Assembly (NCBI RefSeq): GCF_016433145.1
Contig: NC_058131.1
Span: 721,577,860-721,641,859, forward strand
Direction of reading: 5' to 3'
Length of the DNA stretch: 64,000 bases
DNA from: Gracilinanus agilis
Lineage: Eukaryota
The notes below the pieces were generated by a model, which saw only the letters and a program-made list of their open reading frames with translations, was not told where the DNA came from and searched no databases. A program made the position numbers and the translations under genes. Positions 57,716 to 64,000 of this stretch are shown piece after piece. Numbering within the stretch: position 1 is the stretch's first letter; the number at the start of each line of letters is the position of its first letter.

Positions 57716-60700
57716 CCCTGCTCATCACAGGATCAAACACCCACTCGACCGGCTGGCATTTTGTGTTCTCGAGTTGTCCATCAGCGCTGCCCAAGTGTCT
57801 TATTCTGCCTACTTGGGGGCTCGGGGGCCTATTCTGTGACACCCCATTTTTAAATGTTCACTTTTCCACGTTAGCCCCCAGGAAAGCCCGCAGGACAGCC
57901 CCGAGAGCTCCGCTGGCAGGATCCTCTCGCTCGCCGTCCTCGGGACCCCGGTGGTTCTTTTCACTTCGCTGTGCCTCGGAGGCTGGCAGTCCGGAATCTC
58001 TCGCTTTCATCTTTTTGGGAGGCTTCAAAGTCATCTGGAGCAGGTCCAGCCTGCTTTGTTCTCCTTTGTTTAAAGCCAGGGAGGTCAAGATTAGCAGGAG
58101 AGCAGCAGCTCTGGACAGAAGCTGGGCCCTGGCCCATCGGAGTACACCGTCAGTCCACCCTCACCCCCACGTCGCCCACCCTCAGGGTGTCTCCTTGCCG
58201 AGGGGGTGTGGACAGGTCGGGGCCGCAAGGCTTTCACCGAGGCTTGGCTCCGGGCTGCCTCCATGGAAATCCATCCTAACCAGCTTTTCTGGCCTTCTTC
58301 AGCCCCTCCAGGGTGCCTGAAGGGCTCCTCACTGAAGGTTCTCTCCTCCCGAGCCGCTGGCCATGAGGGGCCTCGAGGCTCGGCCGCAGAGCCTGTGGGC
58401 ACGAATGCCCAAGTCTGGACGTGCTCCGGTACTCCCTGGAGCCCTCCGCCAGCCTCCCCCACGGCACGGCCCAGAGGGCTCGAAGAGCCCCGCTTCTGGG
58501 GTCAGAACAAAGCCGTCCCCCAGGGGCTCAGAGGCCTCGTTCTGCCAGAGCCGCTTTCACACGCTTCACGAGTCCCGAAAGGGCTGACGGTCTGCTGACT
58601 GGCTCACCCCGGCCTGACCCGCTTCTGCCTTCCAAAGTGGTGAGTCAGGAGGGATGGCGGCGCTTCCGCTCGGCCCGCGCCCAGGTTACTGACCCTCAAT
58701 GCCCGGGTTATCCGCGGGGCTCCTGGGGGTCCTTGTGGGGGCGAGGCGGCTCGTGTGCCCGGGGTCTGGGCAGAGGGGAGGGGAAGGAGGGAGGGAGGAA
58801 GAGCGAGCCAGAGCCAGAGAGCGGCCTGACAGCGCGGCTTCCCAAGAGGCAAATGGAGGAGGAGGAGGCCGAGGGAGGAGGCTGCCCTCTGAGCCAGAGC
58901 CCGGCACGGAGCGCACAGGGAGGGCTCGCTCTAAGCTCCTCATGCCCACCTCCCTGTGTAAGGGCCCAGGAGGGGAGGCGAGCTGGGCTGGAGGCTGAGG
59001 AGAGAGCCGGAGCTCTGGGCCTCATTCTAGCCTCGCCTCTCGGCATCTGCGACATGGGGCTGGCGACGTGCCGAGAACCCCACGGGCCTGGCATCAGGGC
59101 CACGCAGAGGCTGGCCACGCTCTGCCCGTCAGGTGCCCCCTTATGGTTCAGGTCATGTTCTCTGGGCTCGCCACCACATCCGGGGCTGGCTCGGGCCCAC
59201 CCAAGGCCCAGGGAAGGAAAAACAGGTCCTGGGCCTGGTTCAGTGCGTGAAGGCCCTCAGGGCAGGCCTGGGAGGGGGGCGAGCACGGAGCTGTGTTTGC
59301 CCTCCACCTCCCGGTGCCCCCAGGGGCTCCCACACTGGCAGCTGCTGGGCACGATGTGGAGGGGCCCGAGGCTCCCTGAGCACTGCTGCTGAGGACGGTC
59401 TCTTCTGGGGATGCCAGGGACTCTCCCTGTGTGGAGCAGACAGCTCTCTGGTGCAGGAACCTGACCCTTGGGGGGCAGTCAAAGACTCCCTTCTTTTTGG
59501 GGTTCCTGTGGCTGACAGCATGGCCCCTGGAGACATCTACCCTATCCCAAACAGGTGCGTCCAAGAACATGCTTCTATGTTGGTCCTCAGCAAGGTCACA
59601 GCATGCGGCACTGAAGAGCAGGGTTCAAATTCTGGCTCAGGTGCTTCCCAATGGGGTAACTGTGGGCAAGGCACCCCCCTTTAATGGAGGCGTTTTCTGC
59701 TCTCAGCCATCTCTGAGCTCCTTGGGTGGCCTTCCTTCTCCAGAGGACGAGGGGCTCCTCCGCTTCGGCTGCCCCTTCCCCTCTCAAAGGACAGGCCGCC
59801 CAGGCCTGCTCAGCGTCCCTCCCTCCCTCCCTTCCTCTCTCCAGGGCAAGGCCAGTCTGCTCCGAGGCCTGCGCTGGAAGGAAACGCTGCTGACTGTCCT
59901 GGCCCCTCGGGGAAGCTCCTTCTCAGAAGAAGGTCTTAAATGCACACGACGAAGCCCACAGGACGACACGGAACTCTTCTGAAAGTTACCAAAAAGCATT
60001 TTTTAATGCACAGACGCCGGGCCCAGGAGGAGCCCAGAGGTTCTAGAACAAGACGTGGTCGCCAATCCCCGCCGGCTGCCGGCAACAGAAAGCCCACAAT
60101 TCAGGAAAAGTGGCCGGAGGGTCAGGCGCTCTGCTTCTCTTTACTCCGGGAATGTTTGCCTTCCACTGGGGGAGCCCCCTTCCTCCACGCTCTCCCTTGC
60201 GCACCCTTTCTGCTGGCGGGCACACGCTGCCCCTTCCTCCTCTAGCCCCTTGGCCAAGGCAGGGGGGAAGCCCTCGTGGGAGCAGACCCAGGAAGGAAGC
60301 GGCGCCCTCCTCGTCCCAGGGGCCTTTCGGCTGAAGGGTCCGGGGCACTTTCCTGGGGAATCAGACGGCTCAGGGTCTGTGGCCGAAGCCGCTGAGTGGC
60401 CACCGTCCCAGCCCGAGAAGGCCCACAAGCCCTCGGTCTCCCAGGAGTTGTGCTAGAGTCAGAACTTCTCTTTTCTTTTTACAGAAAGAGGCCCAGGCAG
60501 GAGGGCCCTTCGCCCCATTTTGAAGCCAGCCGTTCTTCGGTCTCCATGAAACCAGTGGTTGCTGGGAGGCCAGCCTCTTGGGAAGCCAGCGGTTACCACA
60601 TGCCCACTGTGTGTTCTGAGCTGAAGCAGGAGCCGGGGGCACCCCAGACATCCTGGACGTGCGCCTCGGTCTGGTGGGACGGGCCGCTCTGTCCCAGGCT

Positions 60701-61212
60701 GGGCAGGAAGGGGGCTGCCCGCCTTTGTCCTCCCCGCAGACATTTTCTTGGTGATTCTGGCGGTTTTCAGGGAGGACAGCCCTGGGGAGCTGGCAGGGAT
60801 ACTGCCCAGGAGGCCCGGAGCACCTTCGGAAGGACGCGGGCTGCTTGCTGCCTCCTCAGTCCTTTGGCAAAAACGGCCCAGACGCTACTCATAAAGCTTT
60901 CACCCGCAGACGGAAACGTTAATCCCTTTAGACGATGTCTGACCTGAGCCAGAAGCGTGCAGAACCCTGACAGGAGCTCCGAGCACACATTCTGCCCCCC
61001 ACCCCCACCCCGTCTCCTCCGGCTCTCCCTGCCAGCGAAGCCCCTTTCTCGGCCCTTGGAGCCCACGCGAGGACTTCTCTTGTGCCCCGTGTTGAGGCCC
61101 AGATGCAGACGTTTCAGCCCCTCAGACGGTCATCCCCTCATTAAGAACAAGAGCCATGTACCAGGCCAGGGGGCCGGCGGCCCTCCCCGGGGATCCCCAT
61201 GAAAGGAGGTAC

Positions 61213-61371
61213 CTGGTCTGCTCAGGAAGTCACAGTGGCCCAGGCCCGCGATGTCAATCCTCTTCAGGAAGAGCACCAGGCTCGTCAGGTTGGCCTCCTG
61301 TAACTCTGCGGCCTTCAGCGGCTTCATGTCCCTGCACAGGAACTCCTCGGAGTACAGGCGGAACAGTTTGC
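61213..61371 (-). CDS. DHX32: DHX32 exon (159 nt)
   Basis: ctcgcag|GC...CCA G|gtacct; KLFRLYSEEFLCRDMKPLKAAELQEANLTSLVLFLKRIDIAGLGHCDFLSRP. Confidence 0.95.
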
Positions 61372-61458
61372 CTGCGAGAAGTCAGAGAGAATGGCTGTGC
61401 CGCCTCTGCCCGGCCTCCCCGCAGACTCTTGGCCCCGGCTCCCAGGGCCCAGGCCTAC

Positions 61459-61558
61459 CTGAGGAAGTCGTGCCCAGGATCTGTTTGCGGATGTCGGCCT
61501 GGTTCTGGCTGATGGGCTGCAGGACGAGGGAGCTGGCTCTGATTCTAGGCCTGTACAC
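61459..61558 (-). CDS. DHX32: DHX32 exon (100 nt)
   Basis: ccatag|GTG...TCA G|gtaggc; VYRPRIRASSLVLQPISQNQADIRKQILGTTSS. Confidence 0.95.
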
Positions 61559-62761
61559 CTATGGATGAGAAACAGCTTGTTCAGCCTCAGGGAAGGCCTC
61601 AAAGATGGGCCCTTCCGGTGGAATCCCTCGTTGCCAAACAGTCTTTTTATTGGCACTCAATTTAATATGGTCTCATTTGGGAACGGAGAGCCCTTGGAGA
61701 TGGATTTCGAGGCTGTTGTCATTCTTGGGTGCCCAGGAAACAGCCCACCCCCTTGGGACACAAAGGGAGGCCATGTTCTGGCTGATCTGGGTTAAATGGC
61801 TCAAGCTCCCAAAGAAGGGGGCATCTTTTCAAAGCCTTCTGATACACAGAGGTTATTTGGACCCTGGACAGTCCATGGACCTGTCAGGCAACTCCCCAAG
61901 CCTATGAGGGTCAGAGAAGGTGCCCACCTGCCTGGGGGGAAGGACTTCCCTCACCTAGGAGTGGCCTCTACCAGTCAAAGCATCATGGCACCACGCAGGG
62001 AGGGCAGTGGGCTTGGAGGGTATTTTAGGTGAGAAATTAACTCTGGTTTGTTGTTGTTGGTGGTTTTTCCGAGCCAAAGAGGCACTCAATCATGATCAAT
62101 TCAGACTGACTTCAGGAGAGCCTTGAGACCATGCTGAGACTGAGGGAGGGAGGAGCCCATCAGGTGCCCAGAAGAGACTCTGCCCGGCACCCAGTAAATG
62201 CCTAATGACTATGTTTAATAAATGTTTACATCATCAAATGGAGGAACAGGTTGGTTTTGTGGCAAAGATATTCCTCATGGAATAGCCCGCATGCCCCCAG
62301 CTTGCAGCCATGCCTCAGGCCCGGCCAGTCCCAGCAGCCTTGGTGGGTCCTCAGGCCCCAGCTTTGTTCTTGTTAAGGGAGTGGGGAGAAAGCAAAAGCC
62401 AGAAGGGAATGCTGGCCCTGCCCTTCCATGCCGATGGGCAGAGATCAGGAGGCGGATGGTGCTCCCAAAGGAGGCAAAAGCACCGTGCCTCAAGGTCTAC
62501 CAAGGCAGGCTGCCTGAAAAGTGGGAAAGGCCCCCGAGTGCCCAGGCCATGGGGCAAAGTAAAGGTTCCTGGCCAAACAAACGCTGTTTAGGGTTCACTT
62601 GCTGGCTGCATCTTCTCTAATTGCTCTTTGAGACCCCCAATGCCTCTGGCATTCTCGTGCCAAGCGATGGTCCGGTCTCTGTATTTGGCCCACACCTGAC
62701 CCTTTGCTAGGCCTGCCTTTCCTGCCTCTGTGAAGGGGCAGAGCCCGGAGAGTGACCTCAC

Positions 62762-63007
62762 CTTCCTCCTCTCCAGCCCCAGGTCAATCACGAAGCGCAC
62801 TGAGCTGCTCTGGACCAGAGACTCCCCGGCGCTGGTGGTTAGCACCACTTTTCTTTGGTAAACTTGGCTTCTTTTGTCTGGGTCTTCATTTGGCTTGAAC
62901 ACGAGGCATTTTTCTTTTGGATATAAAGGGACAACAATCAACTCCCCAAGACCTGGGTTTAAATTAGATCCTTCTTGACAGACAATTTCATAGACTTTTT
63001 CAATTTC
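62762..63007 (-). CDS. DHX32: DHX32 exon (246 nt): RecA2 region; upstream exons lie outside the window
   Basis: ctttag|GAA...AAG|gtgagg; EIEKVYEIVCQEGSNLNPGLGELIVVPLYPKEK...RKVVLTT...VRFVIDLGLERRK. Confidence 0.95.
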
Positions 63008-64000
63008 CTAAAGCCAAAAACAATGCAATCCATGAGCAAAAAAAATCAGTTCAATTCACATACGTTACTAGTGTAGCTTTTAACTAAGCAAAATGACAAT
63101 ACACACAGCAGCCTCCTGGTTCCTTAGCCTCAAGTGCCTCTAGCACCTCCTCTGCCAGCCGCCGCTGACCCCAGAGAAGAAAGCCGGACGGAGATGGGAG
63201 GCCCCTGCGGACGGCAGGGCTGGCAGAGGCTCTGACTACAGGGCGACGTCTGCGCCGGCCGCCTCCACAGCCATGAAGCCATCTCCGGGGGAAGGAGGGC
63301 TCCCCTTTCCATCGGCCCCACGAGGAGCGCAGCCTCCAGGGTTCTCATCAGCATCTCTCTGCTATGCTCCATAACCAGGTGCTCTATCTGGGTCACTCTG
63401 GAAATGACTGCACTGGCCTAGTTAGGCCTCGTCAGGCAGGAAAATGCCCCAAATGCGATAACACCTACAGAAAGGGGCTCAGTGGGCTCTCCGGTGAGGT
63501 AGGATCGCTTACTTCGGGAAATGATGGAATGTCAAAATACATTTTGTGAAGGCAATAAAAGTGAATTCTGGACAAGGAATTAGACAACGACACAAAATAC
63601 CAAGTAGGTAGAAATTTCTAGTAAGAAAAAAATCCTGCTCCCAAGACACAAGTTTAAGTGTCTGAAGGAAAAAGAGGTTCTTTAAAAATGTAAAATTAAA
63701 AATTAAAAAAAAAATCTTTAAAAAATGTAAAATAAAAATATTCTTTAAAAAATCGTTGCACCAATTCCTGTCTCTCCTCAAGGAAGGAAGCAAACTGCCG
63801 GCTGTTGGACGCTTCACTGGCATCTTCCACAAAGGCTCTGTTCAAAAGCTGTCACGAAGTGAGAGCCCACAGTCTCTCTCATCTCAATCCTATGCCTTTA
63901 CTGGGCCTCCTCCTTAGGGAGATGGAAAGAGCCTGAAACTTCACAAACTGGGAGACTGAGGCCCAGAGATGGGGGTGACCAGCTTGTACAGACAGAGAGG

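Noticed and set aside
57850-59000. CpG-rich patch with an AP-1 site and a plus-strand donor-like GTGAGT in a DHX32 intron, as an internal promoter
   Set aside because: The whole neighbourhood is GC/CpG-rich and the long ORFs have no coding signature; not distinguishable from background
51500-63000. BCCIP alpha-type alternative exons inside DHX32 introns
   Set aside because: None recognisable; only the beta terminal exon is supported, and alpha is thought to be a late eutherian innovation
61459-63007. Degenerate helicase motifs V and VI suggesting a DHX32 pseudogene
   Set aside because: Atypical motifs are a known feature of DHX32; all eight exons are in frame with intact splice sites

Overview
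Eukaryotic genomic DNA from a marsupial, most likely a didelphid opossum such as Monodelphis, judged from many SINE1_Mdo-type and Mar1-type CORE-SINEs and opossum-like L1. The window holds the gene block known from human 10q26. From left to right: MMP21 (minus strand, exons 1-4 only, 2960-8257); UROS (minus, complete 9-exon CDS 12760-35749, 262 aa); BCCIP beta form (plus, complete 7-exon CDS 42328-49791, 315 aa), head-to-head with UROS across a CpG-island promoter; and the last 8 coding exons of DHX32 (minus, 50399-63007), tail-to-tail with BCCIP. I read all exon boundaries by hand; all are GT-AG and keep frame. The rest is L1, L2, RTE, MIR and SINE debris, one hAT-type MITE, microsatellites, minisatellites and a 362-nt N gap. 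I found no new multi-gene system. The best leads are locus-level: MMP21 hemopexin exons absent from the window plus an unusual active-site-proximal substitution; UROS variants relevant to porphyrin biology; a candidate erythroid GATA promoter; a predicted BCCIP/DHX32 antisense overlap; and sharp GC3 steps. Comparisons with human and other orthologues are from memory and need alignment.
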